Source: Gammaproteobacteria bacterium
Lineage (GTDB): Bacteria > Pseudomonadota > Gammaproteobacteria > Steroidobacterales > PWYM01
Direction of reading: 5' to 3'
NCBI GenBank assembly: GCA_007127715.1
Contig: SKYU01000040.1
Span: 8,770-72,769, forward strand
Length of the DNA stretch: 64,000 nucleotides
Part shown: positions 20,826-30,158 of the stretch, piece after piece
How the letters are laid out: the number at the start of each line of letters is the position of its first letter
Position numbering within the stretch: position 1 is the stretch's first letter
Made by a program: the position numbers and the translations under genes
The notes under the pieces: model-generated
The model's input: the letters and a program-made list of their open reading frames with translations, nothing else
What the model was told of the DNA's origin: nothing
Database searches by the model: none

Positions 20826-22871
20826 TCACGGTGCGTCGGCCCGAGGCAGGCTCAGCACGAAACAGACCCCACCGGGGATGTTCTCGGCCAGCACGTGGCC
20901 GCCGTGGAACTCGGCGACCAGGCGGACCACGAACAGGCCAAGGCCGAGGTGCGGCTGACCATCGTGACGCTCGCGCATTGACACCAGCGAATCGAACAGC
21001 TGTTCCGTCAGGGCCTGGGGCAGCGCCGGGCCTTCGTTGCTGACGGCGATTTCCACCCGGTCTTCCCTGACGGCGAGGCCGAGCGTGATTCGCCCCCCCG
21101 CCGGGGTGAAATCGACTGCGTTGTCGACCAGCTTGTCGAGCGCCTGGGCCAGCAGTTCCGGCGAGCCGTCCACTGCCACGGGCCCCTCGGCGAGCCGCGC
21201 CTCGATGCGATGCTGCGGGTGCAGGCTGGCATAGGCTTCGGCACAGGAGGCCACGACAGGCGTGGGTGCATAGCGCTCGCGCGGCGTGCTCCGCAGCATG
21301 TCTTCCGCCTGGCTCGCTTCGGTCAGCGCCGCAAGGATACGCTGCAACCGCAGCGTGCCCTCCCGCGCCCGCGCCAGCCCGGCCTCCAGCGCCGCCTCGT
21401 CGCGGCTGTCTCGCAGGTTCTCGAGCGAGGCACTCACGATCGCCAGCGGCGTCTTCATTTCGTGCGACAGCCGGCTGCCCAGGCCGCGCAGGTAGCCGGT
21501 GTATCCTGCCACCCGCCCCAGCAGCGCGCTGAAGCTGCGTGACAGGTCACCCAGCTCGTCCCGGCCCGCACTGCCGGGCAGCGCGGTTCTCACCTCGCCT
21601 CGCGGGCCGAGCGCCAGTGCAGCCGCCCGACTGAGGCGGCGTACCCGCCAGGACAGCCAGCTGGCGTAACCGAGCAGCAGTACTGCGAGCAGACCGGCGA
21701 ACAGCAGCGCCAGCGTCAGCATCCGCGTCAGCGTCCGGTTACCCAGCGTGACGATTTCGGCACTGCCCTGTTCGAGCAGCAGCGCGCCGCCGTCGGCCAG
21801 AGGCACGGCCACGGCCACCCGCGTCCCCTCAGGTCCGCGATAGCGTGCGCTCGTGGCCTCGCCCGCCAGCGCCGCCAGCACCTCCTCACCGGTCGTCCTG
21901 GCCACGGGCTCCCGCGGGTCAAGCGGCCGGGCCGGTGCCGAGCCCTCGAGCCACCAGGTGAACCACCGGTCCCGCAACGCCGAGAGCAGAGGGCCTGTCG
22001 GATCCGGCCGGGCGACCGGGGAGACGCTGCCCGCCGCCGCCAGGCGCCAGCCCTCGGCATCCAGTACCTCCCCACGAATACCGGCAGGCAGCAGGCGCTC
22101 CAGCCGTGCCGCCAGCGCCTCGTCCGACTCCAGCCACAGGCCCGGCAGAAACCCGCGCGACCAGCTCAGCACCTCGCGGGCGGGTCCGCCCGGCTGGTCC
22201 ACATCGACGAAGCCCACCCCCAGGCGCGCGCCGATCACCGTGAGCGGGATCCGGATCTCGACCTGGTAGCCGTCGCCCCGGGGCTGCCAGTAGGCCAGCA
22301 GGGTGGGTGCCACGCGTCCGCTGGCGCGCCACGCGGCGTCCGCCTCGACGGGTGTGAACAGTCCGGGCGCCTCGGCCGCGAACAGCCAGCGGCGCACGTT
22401 CTCGCCCGTTTCATCGGTGGTCTTGACCAGGATCCGGTCCATGAGCTCCCCGGTCCGACCCGCCCCCGGGGTCGTCAGGACGACATCATCGACAATGGAG
22501 ACGAACAGGTGCAGATGGCGCACGCTGCGGCCCAGCCGCAGCCACGAGATGCCGTCCGGGAGTCGGTGGCGCGCCTCGGGTGGCATCGGCCAGTCGGCGT
22601 CGAAGCCGTCGGTCTCCGGCGCCTGAGACAACCGATGGACGAACAGCTGTTCGCCCCGTACGCCCGGCGCCGCCGACTGTGCCGGGATGTGGGCCTGTCG
22701 GTCGCCAGTCGAGGTCGCCAGGACCGCGGCCATGGCCCGTGCCGTGTCCTCCAGGGTCTGGGCCTGCCCGGCGCGCAGGGCCTCCTCGAGTTCCCGTACG
22801 GTCTGGCAACCCGCCCAGGGCAGCAGCAGCGTCACCAGCAGCAGCGCCAGCAGCTGGGTGCGCAGCCTCAT
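20826..22871 (-). CDS. sensor histidine kinase with large periplasmic domain
   Basis: 681 aa with TM1 near residue 5-20 and TM2 near residue 383-406 (LTRMLTLALLFAGLLAVLLLGYASWLSW). The H-box is SHEMKTPLAIVSASLENL, followed by a C-terminal HATPase_c (GLGLFVVRLVAEFHGG). ATGA overlap with the response-regulator stop. Confidence 0.9.
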   Translation of the reverse strand: MRLRTQLLALLLVTLLLPWAGCQTVRELEEALRAGQAQTLEDTARAMAAVLATSTGDRQAHIPAQSAAPGVRGEQLFVHRLSQAPETDGFDADWPMPPEARHRLPDGISWLRLGRSVRHLHLFVSIVDDVVLTTPGAGRTGELMDRILVKTTDETGENVRRWLFAAEAPGLFTPVEADAAWRASGRVAPTLLAYWQPRGDGYQVEIRIPLTVIGARLGVGFVDVDQPGGPAREVLSWSRGFLPGLWLESDEALAARLERLLPAGIRGEVLDAEGWRLAAAGSVSPVARPDPTGPLLSALRDRWFTWWLEGSAPARPLDPREPVARTTGEEVLAALAGEATSARYRGPEGTRVAVAVPLADGGALLLEQGSAEIVTLGNRTLTRMLTLALLFAGLLAVLLLGYASWLSWRVRRLSRAAALALGPRGEVRTALPGSAGRDELGDLSRSFSALLGRVAGYTGYLRGLGSRLSHEMKTPLAIVSASLENLRDSRDEAALEAGLARAREGTLRLQRILAALTEASQAEDMLRSTPRERYAPTPVVASCAEAYASLHPQHRIEARLAEGPVAVDGSPELLAQALDKLVDNAVDFTPAGGRITLGLAVREDRVEIAVSNEGPALPQALTEQLFDSLVSMRERHDGQPHLGLGLFVVRLVAEFHGGHVLAENIPGGVCFVLSLPRADAP

Positions 22872-23578
22872 GGCGCCTCGGTGGCGCCCCCGCGCCAGCG
22901 ATAGCCGGCACCGTAGACGGTCTCGATGGCGTCGAACGCCGGGTCCAGGGCCTGGAATTTCCGTCTGATCCGTTTGATCTGCGAGGTGATGGTGGCGTCA
23001 TCCAGCACCACGCTGGCGGCTTCCATCAGCTGCTGGCGGGTCTTGACGTGGCCGGGATAGCGGGCGAGCGCATGGACCAGCCAGAATTCGGTCAGCGACA
23101 GCCCGAGCGCCTGCCCCTGCCAGCGGACCGTGAAGCGGTCGGGGTCGAGCTCGAGGGCGCCGCGGCGCATCGCGGCACCGGGGGCATCCGCGGCAGCGGA
23201 CAGGGCGGCGACCCGCCGCAGCAGGGCGGCGACGCGCGCGCACAGGTGCTCGAGGCTGATGTCCTTTGTCAGGTAATCGTCCGCGCCAAGGCGAAGGCCC
23301 GAGACGGCGTCGATCTCGGAGTCCCGGGCGGTCAGGAAAATCAGTGGCAGCGTCGTGGAGCGGCTGCGCAGCGCCCGGCAGAGTTCGAAGCCGCCCTCGA
23401 CCTCATCACCGAGGTTGATGTCTATGATGACGAGATCGGGCAGGCGGGCATCGAACGCGGCGAGGGCCTCGGCACGGCCCGGATAGCCCCGAACCTCATA
23501 GCCGCGCCGGCGCAGGGCTTCCAGGTAGTTGTCCCGCAGTCCTGCTTCATCCTCGACGATGGCGACACGCGGCTTCAT
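22868..23578 (-). CDS. OmpR-family DNA-binding response regulator
   Basis: 236 aa with a receiver domain (VAIVEDE..., DLVIIDINLG, PLIFLTARD) and a winged-helix C-terminus (ETVYGAGYRW). Confidence 0.93.
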   Translation of the reverse strand: MKPRVAIVEDEAGLRDNYLEALRRRGYEVRGYPGRAEALAAFDARLPDLVIIDINLGDEVEGGFELCRALRSRSTTLPLIFLTARDSEIDAVSGLRLGADDYLTKDISLEHLCARVAALLRRVAALSAAADAPGAAMRRGALELDPDRFTVRWQGQALGLSLTEFWLVHALARYPGHVKTRQQLMEAASVVLDDATITSQIKRIRRKFQALDPAFDAIETVYGAGYRWRGGATEAP

Positions 23579-23585
23579 CGGCGTC

Positions 23586-24350
23586 TCAGTCTCCGAGGAC
23601 GAACAGCGAATCCTCCAGCGGCGCGTTGATGGACGCCTCCGTCCAGAAGATGTCGTTGACCTTGATCCCGTCGTAATACAGCCGGACCCGGCCAGGCTGC
23701 ATGAAGCCAGGATCGTCGATCCAGTAGAATTCCGTGTAAACCCGCTGGTGGAAGCCGCGGGGGGTCGGCCAGGCCACCGCGCGGATCAGACCGGTGTCCT
23801 GTTCGATCCAGAACAGCGTGCTGCCCCCAGAGGGGTCGTGCACGCGCACCGTGTAGCACGCGAGTCCCTCGATGGTGTCGTCCACCAGCCGCTCGACCGG
23901 GAACCCTTCGCGACCGGCGAACCGGATCGCACTGAAGCCGAAGTTGCTCTGCTGGGATTCACGCGCCTCGTTCTCGGGTACGCGACCGCGATGCGTCCAC
24001 CAGTGCTCGCCATCGAAGCTGTTCTGGAACAGGACCTCCCCCCTGACGAAGGCATCGAGCCGGAACTTGCCGGTTCCGCTGTGAACGTCGGTGATCTCGG
24101 TCGGGTAGAGGCGGTACATGACGTAGTCATCGGCATGGAGGCAGGCCTCCGGTCGACCGTCACGGCAGAGCGTGGCATGGCCACGCATGACGTTGCTGGT
24201 CGCATGGCGCCAGGCATCGCCGCCAGCGGTGCGCGCGGCGAATTCGATGATCTCCTCCGCAGTTCGCTCCGCGTTTGCAGGTACGCTGAGCAGGAGCGCA
24301 AGCAGTGGGAGCGTGAGCTGCAGGCTGAGACGGCAGGACAGGGTACTCAT
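23586..24350 (-). CDS. hypothetical secreted protein (LolA-like / lipoprotein-sorting-like fold suspected)
   Basis: Trimmed to ATG 24348-24350, preceded by GGAGG. It has a signal peptide (MSTLSCRLSLQLTLPLLALLLSVPANA), and the mature N-terminus reads ERTAEEIIEFAARTAGGDAW. Its stop lies 7 nt upstream of the response-regulator start. Confidence 0.7.
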   Translation of the reverse strand: MSTLSCRLSLQLTLPLLALLLSVPANAERTAEEIIEFAARTAGGDAWRHATSNVMRGHATLCRDGRPEACLHADDYVMYRLYPTEITDVHSGTGKFRLDAFVRGEVLFQNSFDGEHWWTHRGRVPENEARESQQSNFGFSAIRFAGREGFPVERLVDDTIEGLACYTVRVHDPSGGSTLFWIEQDTGLIRAVAWPTPRGFHQRVYTEFYWIDDPGFMQPGRVRLYYDGIKVNDIFWTEASINAPLEDSLFVLGD

Positions 24351-24431
24351 GACTTGGACCTCCGCTGTTCCGGGCGCACAGCATGCCCCACCAGCCAATG
24401 GGCTTGAATAGGGGTTAGCCGTGCCCGTCCG

Positions 24432-24823
24432 TCAGTCCAGCGAGACATCCAGGAACATCATTGCCGCAAAGCCCCCCAGCAGGGCGAACGTCGCGGGTGT
24501 GGCGTGGCCTGAGCGATGCGTCTCGGGAATGATCTCGTGGCTGATGATGTAGAGCATCGCCCCAGCCCGATGCCCATGATGACCCATGCCGCCGCCTGCC
24601 AGGCACTCCCGGTGCGGAGCTCGCCGGCCACCAGCCCGGGCTCGATCAGCGAAAAGAATGCGGCTGCCAGCATCACCCCGGCGGCCGACGAGAGCAGCAG
24701 ATCCTCGCTGCGCGGCGTCAGCTGCCGCAGCCCGAAGACTCCGGCGGCACCGATCGCGGTCCCGAGTCCAGCCACAAGGCTGCCGAGGAAGCCGATCAGG
24801 ATGACGTTTTCCAGCACGTTCAT
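24432..24823 (-). pseudogene. ZIP (ZupT-like) metal transporter remnant: N-terminus and C-terminus joined with a frameshift, middle missing
   Basis: ATG 24821-24823 opens MNVLENVILIGFLGSLVAGLGTAIGAAGVF...AAGVMLAAAFFSLIEPG...WVIMGIGLG (ZIP TM1-3). At about 24555 the frame changes, and a different frame reads AMLYIISHEIIPETHRSGHATPATFALLGGFAAMMFLDVSLD-stop (ZIP C-terminus). The total is 392 nt, which is not a multiple of 3, against the ~250-300 aa expected. Confidence 0.6.
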
Positions 24824-24828
24824 ACCAG

Positions 24829-26259
24829 TCAGTCTGAGGCAGGACCGGCCTCCGGGGAACCGTCTGACGCAGTTACGGGAGGAAACAGCCGTCCCTGGCG
24901 CAGGAGCCGTGCCAGCCACAGGTGCAGCCCGAGGCCGCGGGCCGCCATGAAGGCGAGGAAGGCTGCCCACAGGCCATGGTTCCCGAAGCCCTGGAGCAGG
25001 AACCAGCCGGGCACGAATACGCCGAAGGTGGCGATCAGCATCGTATCGCGCATCTCCCGCGCGCGGGTGGCGCCGACAAAGATGCCATCGTAGAGAAAGC
25101 CCCAAAGGCAGATCAGTGGTGCCGCCACCAGCCACGGCAGATAGGTCCGCGCTACAGCCCGGACGTCTTCCAGACCGGTCATCAGTCCGATCAACAGGTT
25201 GCCACCGAGCCCGTAGGCCAGCACGAATCCGGTCGCGATACCAACCGACCAGAGCATGCTGACGCGGATGGCGCGCCGCAGGCCGGACGCGTCACGCCGC
25301 CCGACGGCCCGGCCCACCAGCGCCTCGGCGGCATTGGCCAGCCCATCGAGCGCAAAGGACAGCAGATAGAAAAACTGCAGCAGAACGGCGTTTGCCGCCA
25401 GGATGCCGCTGCCGAGACGGGCACCCTGGGCGGTCAGGAATCCGAGTGCAAACATCAGGGCAAGCGTACGGATGAACAGGTTGCCATTGACCGAGAGCAG
25501 CGCGCGAAGCACATCCGCACCTGGGCTGCGCCAGCCTGCGGGTGCGCCCTGGGCGCGCAGCGTGCGCCACGCAAGCCACAGCCCCAGGGTTGCGCCGGTG
25601 TATTCGGCGATGACCGATGCCGCGGCCACGCCGGCCACCCGCCAGTCCAGCACCACCACGAACAACATATCGAGGAGAATGTTCAGCAGGTTGACGGTGA
25701 CCATGATCGCCAGCGGCACACGTCCGTTGGACAGCCCGATGAACCAGCCCACAAGCACGAAATTCGCCAGTACCGCCGGTGCTGCCCAGACCCGGATCTG
25801 GAAATACTCTGCCGCCAGCGCCGCCACCCCGGGTTCCGGGGCGATCAGCCGCAGCGCCACGGCGAGCACCGGCGCCTGCAGCACCAGCAGCAGCCCGCTG
25901 ATCACCCCGACCACGAGCAGCGACCGGCCGAGCACGGCCTTGAGCCCGGCGACATCGTCCGCACCGAAACGTTGGGCGGCCACCCCGGTCGTGCCCATGC
26001 GCAGGAAATTGAAGGCCGTGAAGATGAAGCCGAAAATCACGGCGCCGACAGCGACCGCGGCAAGGTAATCCGGCGAGTCCAGGTGACCGACCACTGCGGT
26101 GTCGACGATGCCCAGCAGCGGCACCGTGACATTCGAGAGGATCAGCGGGGCTGCAATCCGCCAGACATTGCGGTGCGAGTAGGCGGGATCGGGTGTGGCG
26201 GGTGCGGCGGCGCTCAGTAGGGGATACCCAGGCGGCGGTAGATGAAGCCGAGCAGCCAC
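24829..26259 (-). CDS. dinF: MATE family efflux transporter, DinF-like
   Basis: WRIAAPLILSNVTVPLLGIVDTAVVGHLDSPDYLAAVAVGA closely parallels the E. coli DinF N-terminus, and the protein has 12-TM-like hydrophobicity. The start is uncertain: GTG 26259 (46-nt overlap with the upstream gene) or GTG 26379 (166-nt overlap). Confidence 0.85.
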   Translation of the reverse strand: MAARLHLPPPGYPLLSAAAPATPDPAYSHRNVWRIAAPLILSNVTVPLLGIVDTAVVGHLDSPDYLAAVAVGAVIFGFIFTAFNFLRMGTTGVAAQRFGADDVAGLKAVLGRSLLVVGVISGLLLVLQAPVLAVALRLIAPEPGVAALAAEYFQIRVWAAPAVLANFVLVGWFIGLSNGRVPLAIMVTVNLLNILLDMLFVVVLDWRVAGVAAASVIAEYTGATLGLWLAWRTLRAQGAPAGWRSPGADVLRALLSVNGNLFIRTLALMFALGFLTAQGARLGSGILAANAVLLQFFYLLSFALDGLANAAEALVGRAVGRRDASGLRRAIRVSMLWSVGIATGFVLAYGLGGNLLIGLMTGLEDVRAVARTYLPWLVAAPLICLWGFLYDGIFVGATRAREMRDTMLIATFGVFVPGWFLLQGFGNHGLWAAFLAFMAARGLGLHLWLARLLRQGRLFPPVTASDGSPEAGPASD

Positions 26260-26684
26260 ACCGGGCCGATCATCAGGAACTGCATGTCCTTGAAGAATGA
26301 GGGTCGGCGGCCCTCGATCGCGTGACCCACGAACTGCCCGGCCCAGGCGAGCACGAAGATCGCACCGCAGAGGCTCCACAGCGGCCAGTCCAGGCGATCA
26401 AGCCAGCCCACCGCCAGCACGATCATCACCACGAACGGCAGCATGCCGAGCGCCAGGCTGATCGAGAGGATGAAATAATAGACCGTGGCCGCCATCACGA
26501 AGGCCGTACCCCAGTTGAGCGCTGGCGAAATCTCACGGAAGGCCTGGGGGATTGGCAGTGACCACAGCAGCCCGACCAGGCTGAGGACGATCAGCGGCAC
26601 GCACACCCAGTGGAGGGCCTTGTTGACGGGATGTCGGTGGCTTTCGCCGTACTCCTCGAACCACTGGTCGGGCGTTTTCAGCAT
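26214..26684 (-). CDS. DUF962 / Mpo1-like membrane protein
   Basis: 156 aa. The start MLKTPDQWFEEYGESHRHPVNKALHWVCVPLIVLSLVGLL is typical of the YGL010w/DUF962 family. Confidence 0.8.
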   Translation of the reverse strand: MLKTPDQWFEEYGESHRHPVNKALHWVCVPLIVLSLVGLLWSLPIPQAFREISPALNWGTAFVMAATVYYFILSISLALGMLPFVVMIVLAVGWLDRLDWPLWSLCGAIFVLAWAGQFVGHAIEGRRPSFFKDMQFLMIGPVWLLGFIYRRLGIPY

Positions 26685-26861
26685 CGGATCCTTCCAGGCC
26701 GCATCCCTGCGCCGGGATGGTTGGCCACTCTAACGTCGCCCGCCCGGACGCGGCAAGCCGGATGTGGACTGTGACGCCGTACAGGCGCCGTTCAGCCTGG
26801 CAGCCGGTACACTGGGCGGAGGGCGCCCCCTGCGGGCGCGGGACAACCACGGAGAGAGATC

Positions 26862-27528
26862 ATGTCAATCCGCATTCCGAGAACGCTGGGCGCCGGGCTG
26901 CTCGCCGTTGCGGTGTTCGCCACCGGCTGCACCACGCTCGACCCCTACACCCGTGAGGAGCGCACCGCCCGCGCCACGACCGGGGCGGCGATCGGCGCTG
27001 GCGTGGGCGCGGTGGTCGGGCTGGTGTCCGGGAGCGACGCGGTCGAGCGGCGCCAGCGGGCGTTGATCGGCGCCGGGGTCGGCGCACTGGCCGGGGGCGC
27101 CATCGGCGCCTACATGGATCGTCAGGAGGCCGAACTGCGCCGCCAGCTCGAAGGCACCGGCGTCAGCGTCACCCGGATGGGGGACAACATCACCCTCAAC
27201 ATGGACGGCAACGTGACCTTCGATACCAACAGCGCCGCGATCAAGGCGGAGTTCTTCGAAGTGCTGAACTCCGTGGCCCTGGTGGTGAACCGGTTCGACC
27301 AGACAGTGATCGAGGTGGCGGGCCACACCGACAGCACAGGACCGCGGGAATTCAACATGACGCTGTCCCAGCGACGGGCCGACAGCGTCGCCCAATACCT
27401 CGGTGCGCAGCAGGTCAATCGCCAGCGGCTGCTGACGATCGGCCTGGGTCCGGACTATCCGGTGGCGGACAATGCCACGGTCGAGGGTCGAGCGCTCAAC
27501 CGGCGGGTGGAGATCACCCTGGTGCCGG

Positions 27529-27542
<14 letters not shown>
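26862..27542 (+). CDS. OmpA-family lipoprotein (glycine-zipper + OmpA_C peptidoglycan-binding domain)
   Basis: Lipobox ([11 protein letters not shown]) and glycine zipper ([17 protein letters not shown]). OmpA_C motifs are present ([29 protein letters not shown]; [10 protein letters not shown]). Confidence 0.9.
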
Positions 27543-28398
<856 letters not shown>

Positions 28399-28431
28399 GG
28401 TGTCGCATTCGCTCCCTTGTGATTGAACAAG

Positions 28432-28460
28432 TTTAGCACTCGCACGATTAGAGTGCTAAA
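28432..28460. repeat. perfect 10-bp inverted repeat TTTAGCACTC-N9-GAGTGCTAAA between ftsX and rpoH
   Basis: Read directly from the sequence. It is locally AT-rich in a GC-rich genome and overlaps the candidate rpoH -10 element. It could be an operator or the ftsX terminator stem. Confidence 0.85.
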
Positions 28461-28476
28461 CCGGGTCCGGGTTCAA
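28447..28476 (-). promoter_or_regulatory. candidate rpoH promoter (sigma-70 TTGAAC-N18-TCTAAT and/or sigmaE-like GAACCC-N16-TCTAA)
   Basis: The minus strand reads cTTGAACccggacccggtttagcacTCTAATcg, about 50-75 nt upstream of the rpoH ATG. The layout resembles the E. coli rpoH P3 sigmaE promoter (GAACTT-N16-TCTGA). Confidence 0.35.
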
Positions 28477-28516
28477 GCGATCTGCGTCACGAAAGGCGGC
28501 TTCTGCGGCGGCAGCG

Positions 28517-29491
28517 TCAGGTGGGTTCGATGTTGCGCAGATGTCGCGAGGTGGCGACCCAGGCGCCCAGCCAGCCCAGCAGCGCCCCGCCGCCGACCAG
28601 CATGCCCAGGCCGGCGAACCCCGGCCCCTGCAGCGCGAAGTCCGTGCCGTACAGGCCCGCCAGGCGTTGCACGGGCCCGGAGAGCGCCAGCAGCGCCGTG
28701 GCGTTGAAAACCACCGCCAGCAGACCGCCGATCACCCCGTACCACAGCCCGCCGTAGAGGAAGGGGCGGCGAATGAAGCCGTCCGAGCCGCCGATCAGCT
28801 TCACCACCTCGATTTCGCTTCGGCGGTTCTCGATGTCCAGCCGGATGGTGTTGCCGACGATGACGATCACCGCGAAGCCCAGCAGCATCAGGGTCAGGCC
28901 GCTGGCCCGGCGGGCGATATCGACGATGGCCAGAAACCGCTCGACCCAGGCGGTGTCGAGCTGGACCAGGTCGATGCCCTCGAGCTGTTCGAAGCCTGCG
29001 GCCAGCGCGCCGACCTCCTCGGCGGAGAGCCCGGGGCGCGGCCGCACGACCAGGGTGTGGGGCAGGGGGTTCTCCTCCAGCGCCTCGAGCGCGGCCTCCA
29101 GGCCGGCGAAGCGGCTGAGCTGGGCCAGGGCCTCCTCGGCACTGATCACCTCGACCGCGATGACGCCGGGCCGCCCCCGGGCCTCGGCGGCCAGCGTCTC
29201 GGCGCGGGCGAGCGGCTGGCCCGGTTCGAGGTAGACGCTGAAATCCACGGCTGACGCCCAGCCGGCACTGAGCGTCCGGGCATTGCTGACCAGCACGTCC
29301 AGCCCGGCCGGCAGCGCCAGGGCGATGCCGATCACCGCCACGGTCAGCAGGCTGGCGACCGGCTGGCGGGCCAGGCGGCCCAATGCGCCGAGCAGGTTCT
29401 GGACATGCAGGCGGAAGTACCCGCGCACGCGGGCCAGCAGCCCCGGACCGGTCCGACGCAGCTCGCCGGTCCGGCGATCAGGCGATGGCAT
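28517..29491 (-). CDS. ftsX: cell-division ABC transporter permease-like protein FtsX
   Basis: 324 aa with 4 TM segments and a periplasmic loop. Position in ftsYEX, with a 14-nt overlap with ftsE. Confidence 0.9.
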   Translation of the reverse strand: MPSPDRRTGELRRTGPGLLARVRGYFRLHVQNLLGALGRLARQPVASLLTVAVIGIALALPAGLDVLVSNARTLSAGWASAVDFSVYLEPGQPLARAETLAAEARGRPGVIAVEVISAEEALAQLSRFAGLEAALEALEENPLPHTLVVRPRPGLSAEEVGALAAGFEQLEGIDLVQLDTAWVERFLAIVDIARRASGLTLMLLGFAVIVIVGNTIRLDIENRRSEIEVVKLIGGSDGFIRRPFLYGGLWYGVIGGLLAVVFNATALLALSGPVQRLAGLYGTDFALQGPGFAGLGMLVGGGALLGWLGAWVATSRHLRNIEPT

Positions 29492-30158
29492 CGCTGCTCC
29501 CGGTATCGCCGATCAGTCGGCCCTCGACCAGTTCCAGACGGCGGTGGCCGAGACGGGTCACCAGATCGATATCGTGAGTGGCGATCAGCAGCGTGACCCC
29601 CAGTTCGTTGAAGCGCTCGAACAGCCGCATGATCTCCAGCGACAGCGCGGGGTCGAGGTTGCCCGTCGGCTCGTCGGCGATCAGCAGCGGCGGCTTGCTG
29701 ACCACGGCGCGGGCGATACCGACGCGCTGCTGCTCCCCCGTGGACAGGGTGAGCGGCAGCCGCGGAGCCTTGTCGACCAGACCCACCAGATCCAGGGCCG
29801 CCCGCACCCGGCGGTTGATGTCCCGCTGGCTGAAGCCAGCGATCAGCAGGGGCAGGGCGACGTTCTCGAAAACGCTGCGGTCTGCCAGCAGCTTGTGGTC
29901 CTGGAACACCATGCCGAGGCCGCGGCGGAAGTGCGGAATACGTCGGCGCGAGACCCTGCGGGTGTTCTGGCCGTTCACCACCACCTGGCCGCGCGATGGC
30001 CGCTCGATCAGCGAGACGAGCTTGAGCAGCGTGCTCTTGCCGGCCCCGGAAGGGCCGGTGAGGAAGACGAACTCTCCGGCAGCAATCTCGAGATCGAGCG
30101 TGGCAAGCGCCTCGCCGCCGCCGGGATAGCGCTTGCCGACCGCCTCGAAGCGGATCAC
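29478..30158 (-). CDS. ftsE: cell-division ATP-binding protein FtsE
   Basis: Walker A (GPSGAGKST), signature (LSTGEQQRVGIARA) and Walker B (LLIADEPTGNLD). ATGA-type overlap with ftsY. Confidence 0.95.
   Translation of the reverse strand: MIRFEAVGKRYPGGGEALATLDLEIAAGEFVFLTGPSGAGKSTLLKLVSLIERPSRGQVVVNGQNTRRVSRRRIPHFRRGLGMVFQDHKLLADRSVFENVALPLLIAGFSQRDINRRVRAALDLVGLVDKAPRLPLTLSTGEQQRVGIARAVVSKPPLLIADEPTGNLDPALSLEIMRLFERFNELGVTLLIATHDIDLVTRLGHRRLELVEGRLIGDTGSSDAIA

Noticed and set aside
24458-25135. 225-aa track ORF taken at face value, and the 63-aa ORF at 24415-24606.
   Set aside because: The upstream 104 codons overlap the MATE gene 3' end in another frame. Only the part from ATG 24823 looks like a real (ZIP) N-terminus, and the 63-aa ORF is the third frame of the same remnant.
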